Assembly: GCA_903872035.1 (NCBI GenBank)
Contig: CAIQIZ010000021.1
Coordinates: 18,157 to 82,156 of the forward strand
Source: an uncultured bacterium
Lineage (GTDB): Bacteria; Patescibacteriota; Minisyncoccia; Phycocordibacterales; PALSA-1337
DNA: 64,000 nt
Reading direction: 5' to 3'
Shown here in pieces: positions 39,646-48,664 of this stretch. A program made the position numbers and the translations under genes. Under the pieces are notes generated by a model that was not told the DNA's origin, ran no database searches, and saw only the letters and a program-made list of their open reading frames with translations. Numbering within the stretch: position 1 is the stretch's first letter; the number at the start of each line of letters is the position of its first letter.

Positions 39646-39952
39646 AGAACGCACCTTCAACACGGGCTCAAGAAGACTTGCCCGGAAAACACCGTTCCCA
39701 TCGTACGGGAATGCTTGTAAATTGGGAAGGTTCCTTAAACGGCTTCGGTTCCTCATCTGATATCTTCGCGTTGCGCTGTGCACTCCAGCCACTTAGCCTG
39801 AAAGTCTTCCGAGCAGTAAAGCCCGTCAAAAAACCTAGGCGCGAGGTTTATCCGATCCCTCGCGCCTTCCCCTTTCGATTGCTAGACGTTTTCTTTCATT
39901 TTCGTCGGCAATCAGCGCAGGGTTCTCCTCCTCCGAGAGCCCTGCGCATTTT
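39646..39952 (+). ncRNA. Candidate structured ncRNA of unknown class
   Basis: Promoter upstream, several GC hairpins, terminal hairpin 39915-39947, no convincing ORF. Confidence 0.35.
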
Positions 39953-39979
39953 CGTATATGCATATCTGATACTTAGAAA

Positions 39980-41242
39980 CTATTTTCTCAAGATCTCGTC
40001 CATCTTCTTTGCGATAAGTTTGAAATCTTTTTCTTTGCGTCCACGAGTCGTTTCCGCAGCCGTGCCAAGCCGGATTCCTGAAGGATCAGCCGGGGGTCGC
40101 TTGTCGAATGGAATGGCATTCTTGTTGACGATGATCCCTTGTTTTTCCAAACGCTCGCTAGCCTCTTTACCAGTAATTGCACCGGCGCCCGCTTCAGCTT
40201 TACCGGCGGCATCCTTAACAAGAGGTTCCCTCTTTTTGCCGTCATTCCACGTGTCCACCAATATCAAATGCGAATCGGTTCCGCCGGAAATGAGACGCCA
40301 GCCGCGCTTCTCCAATTCTTCTGCCAAAACTTTGGCATTCTTCACAACTTGGTTGGCATATTTTCTAAAAGCTGGAGTAGATGCTTCTTTCAATGCCACA
40401 GCGACAGCGGCGATCTGATTGGCATGTGGGCCGCCCTGCAAGCCTGGAAATACTGCCTTGTCTATCTTTTTATATAATTCACGCGCATCCTTCTTTACGA
40501 ATATCAAAGCAGCTCGAGGGCCTCGCAAAGTCTTGTGCGTGGTAGTAGTGACAACATCAGCATAATCAAATGGCGAAGGATAGACGCCCCCAGCTACCAA
40601 TCCGGCGATGTGAGACATGTCCACCATCATTAAACCTTCGGAAGCATCAGACACTTCCCGCATCTTCTTCCAATCGATGATCCGTGGATACGCTGTATAA
40701 CCAGAAACGACAATAGTCGGCTTCTCCTTCATAGCTATCTCACGGAGTTGGTCGTAATTGATAGTCTCTGTAACCGGGTCAAGCCCATAAGGTATCTGCT
40801 GCCAAAATTTACCAGTAGCTGAAACTTTCTGACCGTGAGTGAGGTGACCTCCCTGGTCCAGAGACATACCCATGATCTTTCCAGCAACGCTCGTCGTCCC
40901 GTCTTCTTGTTTGACTCCGCCACGCGGAACCAGAGCAGTGAAAACAGCTAAGTTGGCTGGCGAACCGGAAAGCGGCTGGACGTTCACGTGCCATTCGTTT
41001 GGATCAAGTCTGAATAATTTCAAAGCACGGTCGATGCAAAGCTCCTCGATCTTGTCGATGATATCGTTGCCACCATAGTAACGCTTGCCGGCATAGCCTT
41101 CGGCGTATTTGTTGGTCAGTTCCGAACCGAGAGCCTCCAGTACGTCCCGAGAAACATAATTTTCCGAAGCGATGAGATTGATAGCTTTCTTCTGACGCTT
41201 CTTCTCAGCCTCTATGAGTTTTTTGATTTGTGTGTCTTTCAT
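39980..41242 (-). CDS. glyA: Serine hydroxymethyltransferase
   Basis: LIASEN, NKYAEGY, GGHLTHG, TTTTHKTLRGPR. Confidence 0.98.
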   Translation of the reverse strand: MKDTQIKKLIEAEKKRQKKAINLIASENYVSRDVLEALGSELTNKYAEGYAGKRYYGGNDIIDKIEELCIDRALKLFRLDPNEWHVNVQPLSGSPANLAVFTALVPRGGVKQEDGTTSVAGKIMGMSLDQGGHLTHGQKVSATGKFWQQIPYGLDPVTETINYDQLREIAMKEKPTIVVSGYTAYPRIIDWKKMREVSDASEGLMMVDMSHIAGLVAGGVYPSPFDYADVVTTTTHKTLRGPRAALIFVKKDARELYKKIDKAVFPGLQGGPHANQIAAVAVALKEASTPAFRKYANQVVKNAKVLAEELEKRGWRLISGGTDSHLILVDTWNDGKKREPLVKDAAGKAEAGAGAITGKEASERLEKQGIIVNKNAIPFDKRPPADPSGIRLGTAAETTRGRKEKDFKLIAKKMDEILRK

Positions 41243-41283
41243 ATAAACAATCGTATCATATCCATAAGTAAATGTCGGCAGAC

Positions 41284-41317
41284 AAAAAGGGGTCACGGAA
41301 ATGCAAACCGTGACCCC
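41284..41317 (-). terminator. Intrinsic terminator just upstream of glyA
   Basis: ggggtcacgg-loop-ccgtgacccc-ttttt on the minus strand. Confidence 0.7.
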
Positions 41318-41651
41318 CCAACCGAGATACGGGGTGAAAAAACCCGACCTCAACATTTAGAAACAACAAACAACGAAAGAAATTGACCGGCGGCAACACA
41401 ATCAAACAATCTTCATTAAATCGATTATCCGAATGAATACCTATCAATCATGTTGCCAGCCGGAGTGGAGTTAGTTATCCACCATGAAGCCCGGTGAGGG
41501 CTTATTTCGTATTCCAGCCAACGCCAGAATCCGCTGATTGCAACAATACTCCTGTGGTCAAAAAAAGCAATCCCCAGGTTGTCCACAGGATGTTATACGA
41601 GATGAAGCTAGGCGGCGAGCCTCGCAGGATCTCGCGAAGTGAGACCTCGTA

Positions 41652-42074
41652 TCACTTACCAGTGCTTCCAAACCTCCCTTCTCCACGACTGGTCGTTCCG
41701 AGCCCATCGGCTTCTTCCAATTCAGCGATAGCTACCGGAAATATCACAAGCTGAGCGATCTTATCTCCTTTATGGATTTGATAAGGCTCGCTGCCGAGAT
41801 TGATCAGGTTCACATTGTACTCTCCTCTATACCCCGCATCATAGACGCCTCCCATAGTGTGGATGCCGGCATTCTTCGGTAAGCTGCCTTTATCCTTAAC
41901 GATAGCCGCATATCCTTCATGAAATTCCAGAGCAAATCCAAGAAAAAATATCCTTCTTTCGCTAGGCTTCAATAAATAGTCTTCCAGTGAATAGAGGTCA
42001 AGTCCGACGTCGCCAGGATGGGCGTATGAGGGTGTAGTCGCTGCTTGATTTAGTTTCTTTATTTTTATCCGCAT
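41652..42074 (-). CDS. dut: dUTP diphosphatase
   Basis: GDVGLDL, GVYDAGYRGE, GDKIAQLV, RGEGRFGSTG. Confidence 0.95.
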   Translation of the reverse strand: MRIKIKKLNQAATTPSYAHPGDVGLDLYSLEDYLLKPSERRIFFLGFALEFHEGYAAIVKDKGSLPKNAGIHTMGGVYDAGYRGEYNVNLINLGSEPYQIHKGDKIAQLVIFPVAIAELEEADGLGTTSRGEGRFGSTGK

Positions 42075-42122
42075 CGTGGTAATATTGCTTATACTAACAT
42101 CTAAGCATTACAAAATACCACT

Positions 42123-43034
42123 ATGAAAACATACGCCGAACGAACGCCCGACTCGCAATACCAGGGCTTGCTCCGAGAGATTTTGGAAACGGGTGTACGT
42201 ACTCCTAGCCAACAGGGCGTGGATGCGCTGACAGTCATCGGCCCGCGTTCCCTCCATTTCAAACTTGATAATGGTTTTCCCTTGATCACTGAACGAAATC
42301 TCAATCCGAAGACTTCAGATACGCTTCCGGTCACGATCTGGCAACAAGCCATCGGAGAAATACTCGGCTTTATGAATGGCGCACGGACACAGAAAGAGCT
42401 GGAGAAATTCGGTTGCTACTGGTGGCGCTGGTGGGTCACCAAGGAAAAATGCGAGAAACGCGGATTGGAAGAAGGCGATCTCGGACCCGGTTCATACGGC
42501 GCGGCTTTCCATGACTTCCCTACAAACGAAGGTGCACCTTACAATCAATTCAAGAACGTCATCGAGCAGATCAAAGAATTTCCGCATCTACGCACGCATT
42601 TCGTCACACCTTGGATACCGCAGTACATGATGCGAGGAAAAGGCAAGCAACAGAAGGTCGTAGTTTGTCCGTGCCACGGTTGGATCCATATCAGGATAAT
42701 CGATAACAAGCTGACTCTCCATATGATCCAGCGCTCCTGCGACGTTCCAGTCGGATTGCCACAAAATCTGATCCAGTACGCCGCTTTGGCCTTGGCGATC
42801 GCACACGTCACAGGAACGGAGGCTTATGAATATGTGCACAGCTTTTCCGATGCGCATATATATGTCGATCAAGTAGACTCAGTCAATACCATGCTTGCCC
42901 GCGAACCGCGACGCTTGCCGACACTGACATTGAATACATCCAAGAAAGATCTGTTCGATTTCCGACGCGAAGATTTCACCCTGACAGATTACGACCCGCA
43001 TCCAGGTATCAAAAAAATCCCAGTCGCCATATAA
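42123..43034 (+). CDS. thyA: Thymidylate synthase (divergent)
   Basis: GFPLIT, GDLGP..YG, CPCH, QRSCD..VGLPQN, DAHIY. Confidence 0.9.
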   Translation: MKTYAERTPDSQYQGLLREILETGVRTPSQQGVDALTVIGPRSLHFKLDNGFPLITERNLNPKTSDTLPVTIWQQAIGEILGFMNGARTQKELEKFGCYWWRWWVTKEKCEKRGLEEGDLGPGSYGAAFHDFPTNEGAPYNQFKNVIEQIKEFPHLRTHFVTPWIPQYMMRGKGKQQKVVVCPCHGWIHIRIIDNKLTLHMIQRSCDVPVGLPQNLIQYAALALAIAHVTGTEAYEYVHSFSDAHIYVDQVDSVNTMLAREPRRLPTLTLNTSKKDLFDFRREDFTLTDYDPHPGIKKIPVAI

Positions 43035-43043
43035 GCCAAGGAA

Positions 43044-43520
43044 ATGACCAGATTCATCAACACTGCGACTATTCGCCGAGAAGACCAGAGAAAAGTAATG
43101 GAGGAGATCGAGAAGAACGACCATTGCCCTTTTTGTCCAGAGAATCTTTCTAAATATCACAAGAAGCCGATATTGAAAGAAGGAAAATTCTGGCTGCTCA
43201 CAGAAAATCAGTGGCCCTACGAGAACACCAAGCATCAGCTACTGGCTATCTACAAGACTCATATCGAGCACATCAAAGATATCGACCCCCAAGCAGCGGC
43301 GGAACTCTTTCAAATGTTCAAGGATGAATCTATCAAGAGAGGTGTCGTTGGTGGTGGGATCGCAATGCGTTTCGGCAGCAGCCCTGATGGCAATTATGGT
43401 AGCTCTGTCCTACACCTTCACGCTCACCTGTTCGAGCCTGATCTTAAAGCCTTGAAATCGGACGAGGCTTGGCGCTTCAAATTCGGCCAACCGAAGGACT
43501 ATAAGAAAAAGAATGTGTAG
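43044..43520 (+). CDS. HIT family nucleotide hydrolase
   Basis: CPFC, N.WPY, HLHAHL triad. Confidence 0.85.
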   Translation: MTRFINTATIRREDQRKVMEEIEKNDHCPFCPENLSKYHKKPILKEGKFWLLTENQWPYENTKHQLLAIYKTHIEHIKDIDPQAAAELFQMFKDESIKRGVVGGGIAMRFGSSPDGNYGSSVLHLHAHLFEPDLKALKSDEAWRFKFGQPKDYKKKNV

Positions 43521-43592
43521 GTTTGACAATGCCTGCATAATGGCTAGTATGGCCTTAGACAGTCAACCTTCAACAAAGAAAGATAATAGCTT

Positions 43593-44180
43593 GTGAATGA
43601 AAAACCTTCCTTAGTGATCCCGGGTATTTCCGACCCGGCAAAATTGGCCTGCATCGCCAGAGCCCGCAAATTCAAACAGTACAGAAAATATGTCGAGGAC
43701 GCGTTGGCGGGCAGATGCACAATTTGCAGCCTCGACCAGAGCAATACCAGATTCGTCGAAGTTCCACGTGTCAACGCGATGAGAGTCTGGTACTGCAATC
43801 CGCCAGAGAAATTCACTAGGCTCCACTTCCTAATGAGCCCAGTGCGGCATATCACCGACACTCGTCAACTCTCTGTCGAGGAACGACGCGCGTTCTGGGA
43901 GGTAATGGAGTACTTGCCGAATAAGTTCAGCTTCAACTTTCGCGGCATCCTGATCCGCGATGGTGACGCGACCCAATCAGCCGGGACCATCGAACACCTC
44001 CACATCCACATCATGGTGCCAGACGGGACTGGTCGTGTTGAATCACCATTCTGTAAGACTCCAGAAGAGGAAGCCGCCGGCGTCGCTCGGGCAATAATTT
44101 TCGAGAAGCTCCGAACCGGGACAATGGTCGCGGAGCTTCCTGGCAACGAGTACGAGCTCGTCAAAGATCGTTTGGAGTAA
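43593..44180 (+). CDS. Second HIT family protein
   Basis: CTIC, P.RHI, HLHIHI triad. Confidence 0.8.
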   Translation: MNEKPSLVIPGISDPAKLACIARARKFKQYRKYVEDALAGRCTICSLDQSNTRFVEVPRVNAMRVWYCNPPEKFTRLHFLMSPVRHITDTRQLSVEERRAFWEVMEYLPNKFSFNFRGILIRDGDATQSAGTIEHLHIHIMVPDGTGRVESPFCKTPEEEAAGVARAIIFEKLRTGTMVAELPGNEYELVKDRLE

Positions 44181-44216
44181 TTCTGGAACGTCGATTTCGA
44201 AGAATAAATCGGGCGG

Positions 44217-45089
44217 CTACGATGTAGCCGCCTTTTTCATTCTCACATGAACGATCTTGACTCCCCTATTTTTCAATATCCTCTCGCCATCTAAGACACC
44301 ATAGCCATCCGAGTAATATACTTTCTTGATACCTGAATAAGCAACAAGCTTGGCACAAGCCGGACAAGGGAAAGTAGTGACATATAGCGATGTGCCTTCG
44401 AGGGATGTTCCCTTTTGAGCAGCTTCAGCGATTAGCCTGGCCTCGCAGTGAAACGAAGTGGAAAGCTCAATATTCACGCCTTTTGAGAAGTCCGAGCGAG
44501 GATCACCCTCTTCATACGGCAAATGTTCGGACGGAACTGCGTGGTTGTGAAGCATACTTAGAATTTTTCCATCTTTGACTATGGCCGCCCCAATTTGGCG
44601 CCAGATATCAGAGCTTTTCTCTGCCTCTTTTTTTAATGATGAGATCATCTCCCGATCCGTTCCGGACGTAGAGATAGTTTGATCGGCTTCAATAGGCCGA
44701 TTCTCAAACGACTTGTGTTTGTCCCAACGAAGAAAGATCGTGTCGAATATGACCTTGGTATCCTTGAAATATCTCTCCTTGATATCGCGCATGACTTCCT
44801 CGTCAGGCATGACAATCGTTGTTTTTGCAGCAGCCAATGACCGAAAATCTTTCTGACCGATGATACGTATAGATCTGAATCGTTTCCAAGACTTCAGAGC
44901 CAATAGCATAAGCTTCAAATCCAAAGCCCGGATATCCTTAGTAAGGGCCTTGTAATCTTTTATGATTTCCGGACCGATAAGAAAAAGCTCCTTGGCTTCT
45001 CTATGCTTATCGAAAAATCGCGCATACCCTTCATGCAACACCGGCACGTATGCGACGATGACCTGTCTTTTGTCGCCGTTTTTTTTCAT
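44217..45089 (-). CDS. dCMP deaminase-family protein with N-terminal nucleotidyltransferase-like domain
   Basis: C-terminal HCE...TTFPCPACAK zinc motif; N-terminal AYVPVLHEGY resembles a degenerate HIGH motif. Confidence 0.8.
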   Translation of the reverse strand: MKKNGDKRQVIVAYVPVLHEGYARFFDKHREAKELFLIGPEIIKDYKALTKDIRALDLKLMLLALKSWKRFRSIRIIGQKDFRSLAAAKTTIVMPDEEVMRDIKERYFKDTKVIFDTIFLRWDKHKSFENRPIEADQTISTSGTDREMISSLKKEAEKSSDIWRQIGAAIVKDGKILSMLHNHAVPSEHLPYEEGDPRSDFSKGVNIELSTSFHCEARLIAEAAQKGTSLEGTSLYVTTFPCPACAKLVAYSGIKKVYYSDGYGVLDGERILKNRGVKIVHVRMKKAATS

Positions 45090-45091
45090 AA

Positions 45092-45721
45092 TCAGTTCTT
45101 TTGCCTGAGATCGGGGCGACCAAGTAGAGTGTTGCTTATCATATCCGCCATTTTGGGGATGATGGCCTTTTCGAAGCGTTTGGCCAGCTTGAGCTGGAGA
45201 CGGCGGATCTTGGCACTGGTCGAAGTGGTCGCCATCGGCGCCAATACTCTGATCTCGCCGCAGAATTTCTTCATTTCTTTCATTTTATCTTTGCCGTATT
45301 TTTTGACCGTCTCATCAGTAACAATAAGAACGTCGGGTTGAACGGTCTTGATCAGATGCCATTTGGGCATCTTCTGCTCTTTGAGCGTCACAACATCTAC
45401 CGGACGCAAGTGGGTCACCATTTCCAACCGTTCGGCTTGCGGGACAAGCGGCCTATCCGGACCTTTTCTGGCTCGGACCTTTTTGTCGCTATCGACTCCG
45501 ACTACCAACAGATCCCCGTGCTTCTTGGCCTCCTCAAAGTAGCGGGCGTGGCCGATGTGAACCATATCGTACGTTCCTTGGGTCAAAACGATCTTCAAGC
45601 CTATGCCCTTGCAATGCTCGACGAGCTGTTTTAGACGTCCATAATCCGGAACAAATCTGTCTTTGAAATTGGAGTTGACCCCGAATATTCCTCCGTTGGT
45701 GCTGTATCGTTTTATGGACAT
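45092..45721 (-). CDS. Cytidylyltransferase-like (TagD/RfaE-II) nucleotidyltransferase
   Basis: GTYDMVHIGH, LVVGVDSD, KGPDRP, ER.EM, STSA. Confidence 0.88.
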   Translation of the reverse strand: MSIKRYSTNGGIFGVNSNFKDRFVPDYGRLKQLVEHCKGIGLKIVLTQGTYDMVHIGHARYFEEAKKHGDLLVVGVDSDKKVRARKGPDRPLVPQAERLEMVTHLRPVDVVTLKEQKMPKWHLIKTVQPDVLIVTDETVKKYGKDKMKEMKKFCGEIRVLAPMATTSTSAKIRRLQLKLAKRFEKAIIPKMADMISNTLLGRPDLRQKN

Positions 45722-45783
45722 AGAAGTTAGTGTGCCATTAAGTTAACATATCGCCTCTCATGCTACAATATGGACACACCCAC

Positions 45784-46305
45784 ATGAACTGTTTCATCAT
45801 CGCCGCCCTATCTGCCGACGGATATATCGCCAAGAATCCAACGGCACCATCGACCGTCTGGACGAGCAAAGAAGACAAAAAGCGCTTTGTTGAGCTGACC
45901 AAAAAGGCTGGCGTAGTCGTCATGGGTCAAAATACTTGGAACACACTTGGCGGCAAGGCTTTGAAAGATCGCTTGAATATCGTCTATTCCCCCACCCCAT
46001 TGCCAGCGACCGAGCGCTTGGAAGTCACCGAAAAAAGCCCAGCAGACCTATTGAAAGACCTAGAGTCGCGCGGTCACAAAGAAGTTGCCATATGTGGCGG
46101 CTCGCAAATATACACAATGTTCATGAAGTCAGGGCTTGTGACCAAGCTATTTCTGACCATCGAACCGGTCATTTTCGGCAGCGGCATCAGGCTATTCAAA
46201 GAAGATATGGACTTCAAATTGAAGCTCGTGGAATCTATCAAGACTGAGAATGGGACGCTTCTACAAGAGTATGATGTCCTTGCGACAATCTCAGACAACC
46301 AATAA
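45784..46305 (+). CDS. folA: Dihydrofolate reductase
   Basis: IAALSADGYI, EDKKRF, VVMGQNTW, L.DRLNIV, CGGSQIY. Confidence 0.88.
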   Translation: MNCFIIAALSADGYIAKNPTAPSTVWTSKEDKKRFVELTKKAGVVVMGQNTWNTLGGKALKDRLNIVYSPTPLPATERLEVTEKSPADLLKDLESRGHKEVAICGGSQIYTMFMKSGLVTKLFLTIEPVIFGSGIRLFKEDMDFKLKLVESIKTENGTLLQEYDVLATISDNQ

Positions 46306-46407
46306 CCTTTAACCTAAAGGGTTTTGGCTATATTCTTGAATGTGCGATGAATTGACATCGTGCTTATTCGAGTTAGACTTGGCACAGAACAGGTAGCTTC
46401 ATAATCT

Positions 46408-47142
46408 ATGAAAGAACATTGCAATAATCACGCTTTGAGGCGCACCCTCCCAGGAAGCGTTCTTGGAACGTCCTTGCCGATCTGGCTAAAAGTACAATCC
46501 GGTCAGAGCTCAATCATTCGCTTCAGCCGCTATACCAACAAATACGACAAGCGCTTGCGTTGGCAGAATGGCTTTCAACACCAAGCCTCGGTATGTTTTC
46601 TCTGCATGCAGATACTCATCGAGTTACGTCCGTACGTGTCGCTGGACGAGCTATTGGTGAGCTGGTGCTTCCACCTACACGACGTTCCAGAAGGACTACT
46701 AGGAAGAGATGTCCTCGCGCCCAACAAAACCGAAAAGGACGACCTCGACGAGTACAGCGCCTTTCGCGAGCATTTCAGTACTTTAGACAAAACTGTCTGG
46801 GTCGCGATGCATCGAGCATATTTGCTTCAGACCGCTCTCAAAGTCCCGAGGATCTTCCCCAAAGACGCGAGAAAGATCGCTAACGATTTGCGACGGCATA
46901 AATATTTCGAGGCATTGGCCTTCCAAGGAATCCAGGTGATGGACTATCTCTATTATGCCGAGGAATGTGCCACACGAAATGTGGTTGAAGTCCTCGAAGA
47001 TGTTGCCTCGAGCGCCTTACCACAGCTCGATCAGATTGCAAAGAAGCTTCCCGGCTTCACCAAAACCGTCTGGACGCCAGAACGTCGCGCGTACTTTGAG
47101 AGGTATATCCAAAGGGTCCCCACCTCCAGAAGGAGACTTTAA
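46408..47142 (+). CDS. HD-domain hydrolase (YfbR/5'-deoxynucleotidase-like)
   Basis: IRF...QH...LHDVPEG...DV...MD pattern. Confidence 0.6.
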   Translation: MKEHCNNHALRRTLPGSVLGTSLPIWLKVQSGQSSIIRFSRYTNKYDKRLRWQNGFQHQASVCFLCMQILIELRPYVSLDELLVSWCFHLHDVPEGLLGRDVLAPNKTEKDDLDEYSAFREHFSTLDKTVWVAMHRAYLLQTALKVPRIFPKDARKIANDLRRHKYFEALAFQGIQVMDYLYYAEECATRNVVEVLEDVASSALPQLDQIAKKLPGFTKTVWTPERRAYFERYIQRVPTSRRRL

Positions 47143-47236
47143 CCTGAGTTAGAATTTCGTCAGCATTCAGAGAGCGCGGCAAGGATCGCGCTTTTTTTAT
47201 ACAAAAACAGGGCTTTCGCCCCATTTTTTCTTCATT

Positions 47237-47275
47237 AACTTTACAGACTTTAAAGACTTTAAAGACTTTCTGACT
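47237..47275. repeat. Single arm of the 9-mer array after rplK
   Basis: aacttt acagacttt aaagacttt aaagacttt ctgact. Confidence 0.6.
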
Positions 47276-47696
47276 ATTTTACTTCAACTCCCATCTGTCT
47301 GGCCGTACCAGCAATGGTCTTCATAGCTGCTTCAATAGTATTTGCATTCAAATCAGGCATTTTCTTTTCAGCGATCTCTTTGAGCTGAGCTTTGGTGATC
47401 GTGCCGATCTTCGAAGTATTCGGCTTACCAGAACCCTTCTCTTTCTTCAAAGCTTTGAGGATGAGGCTGGAAGCTGGCGGAGTCTTCAAAACGAAGCTAT
47501 AAGTTCTGTCCTCATAAACTGTAATGACTACTGGGATCATGTCCCCAATCATAGCTTTAGTAGCATCGTTGAACTTTTTTGTAAAATCGCCAATGTTCAC
47601 GCCGGCCTGTCCGAGTGTCGGGCCCAACGGAGGCGCTGGGGTTGCTTTCCCTGCTGGAGCGATGACTTTTACCTTTTTGATGATTTTCTTGGCCAT
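47274..47696 (-). CDS. rplK: 50S ribosomal protein L11
   Basis: [16 protein letters not shown]...KTPPAS...GTARQMG. Confidence 0.98.
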   Translation of the reverse strand: MAKKIIKKVKVIAPAGKATPAPPLGPTLGQAGVNIGDFTKKFNDATKAMIGDMIPVVITVYEDRTYSFVLKTPPASSLILKALKKEKGSGKPNTSKIGTITKAQLKEIAEKKMPDLNANTIEAAMKTIAGTARQMGVEVK

Positions 47697-47729
47697 GGAT
47701 GTTTATTAGAAATGTTGATGCACTGTACC

Positions 47730-48275
47730 TTAAACCTTCTTAACTTGCAAGAAATCTAGCTCGACTGGCGTTTCCCTACCGAACATAGAGACCAACACCT
47801 TGATCTTGCCGCGCTGAGTATCGACTTCGGCCACTTTGCCTTCAAAGTCCTTGAATGGACCGTCGGCCACCTTGACCAGATCGCCAGGAGTGAGATCGAT
47901 AGAGTGTTCAGTCTGACCTTTCTGCATCCGAGCGAATAGAGTCTCGACTTCTTTAGGATCCAATGGGACTGGCGAAACGCCGGCACCGACAAATCCAGTC
48001 ACGCGCGGTGTATTGCGAACAACATACCAGGAATCGTCCGTCACGATCATATCGACCAGGACATATCCGGGATAGATCTTCTCTTCTTCCTCGACACGCT
48101 TGCCGCCTTTGACTTTGATCTTCTTCTCCGTAGGTACGATAACTGCAAAGATCTTGTCTTCCATGCCCAAAGACTCTATGCGCTGCTTCAGATTGCGCGC
48201 CACTGCATTCTCGTAGCCGGCATAGGTATGGATGGCATACCAATTTCGTTCTCCAGTTGTTTGTTGTTTGGTCAT
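47730..48275 (-). CDS. nusG: Transcription antitermination factor NusG
   Basis: WYAIHTYAGYE, YPGYVLV, KOW motif, FGRETPVEL. Confidence 0.98.
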   Translation of the reverse strand: MTKQQTTGERNWYAIHTYAGYENAVARNLKQRIESLGMEDKIFAVIVPTEKKIKVKGGKRVEEEEKIYPGYVLVDMIVTDDSWYVVRNTPRVTGFVGAGVSPVPLDPKEVETLFARMQKGQTEHSIDLTPGDLVKVADGPFKDFEGKVAEVDTQRGKIKVLVSMFGRETPVELDFLQVKKV

Positions 48276-48305
48276 GGGGACAAATTTAAAATTAAAGATT
48301 GAAAT

Positions 48306-48485
48306 TTAGAACAATAGTGTCAGAAGCTTAGAAAAAACGAAATCTGACAGACCAAGCAAAGCGGCGGTGGCCAGAGAAACCAAGATCACCAAAGACGTGA
48401 ACCTGATAGTTTGATCGCGTGTAGGCCAATTGACATGGCTCATCTCACCACGTGTTTCCTTAACATAATTGCTGAATCTATTCAT
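48306..48485 (-). CDS. secE: Preprotein translocase subunit SecE
   Basis: EMSHVNWPTR followed by a TM; secE-nusG-rplK synteny. Confidence 0.92.
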   Translation of the reverse strand: MNRFSNYVKETRGEMSHVNWPTRDQTIRFTSLVILVSLATAALLGLSDFVFSKLLTLLF

Positions 48486-48578
48486 GGTATTGGTCCTTTT
48501 AGACGCTTTTTGATTAAAAAATCCCGCAGGGGGATAACATGTGTATAGTAGCATGCTGATAACAGTAAATCAAGGCCT

Positions 48579-48657
48579 GCTTGAAGTCTCCAGAAATCTT
48601 TCCGTTTGCCGCTGGCCCACAGCGCTCAAACGAAAAGATTTCTTTCGCCTTCCAAGC
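48579..48657. repeat. Hairpin repeat family 1, intergenic copy
   Basis: agaaatcttt-ccgttt-gccgctggcccacagcgctc-aaacg-aaaagatttct. Confidence 0.8.
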
Positions 48658-48664
48658 CCGACTG

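Noticed and set aside
39760-39830. Glycine riboswitch (ctttcagg on the minus strand)
   Set aside because: The other conserved elements (GGAGA, CCGAAG) were not found in the right order, and it lies downstream of glyA
39612-40418. 268-aa plus-strand ORF
   Set aside because: Its TTG start is the -35 box, half of it is antisense to glyA, and it shows no recognisable protein features
41455-41524. Hammerhead ribozyme, purine or ZTP riboswitch
   Set aside because: A three-way junction is present but the core consensus sequences are absent
41604-41655. Branched hairpin at the dut 3' end as another repeat family
   Set aside because: Single copy in the window; it may simply be a terminator-like structure
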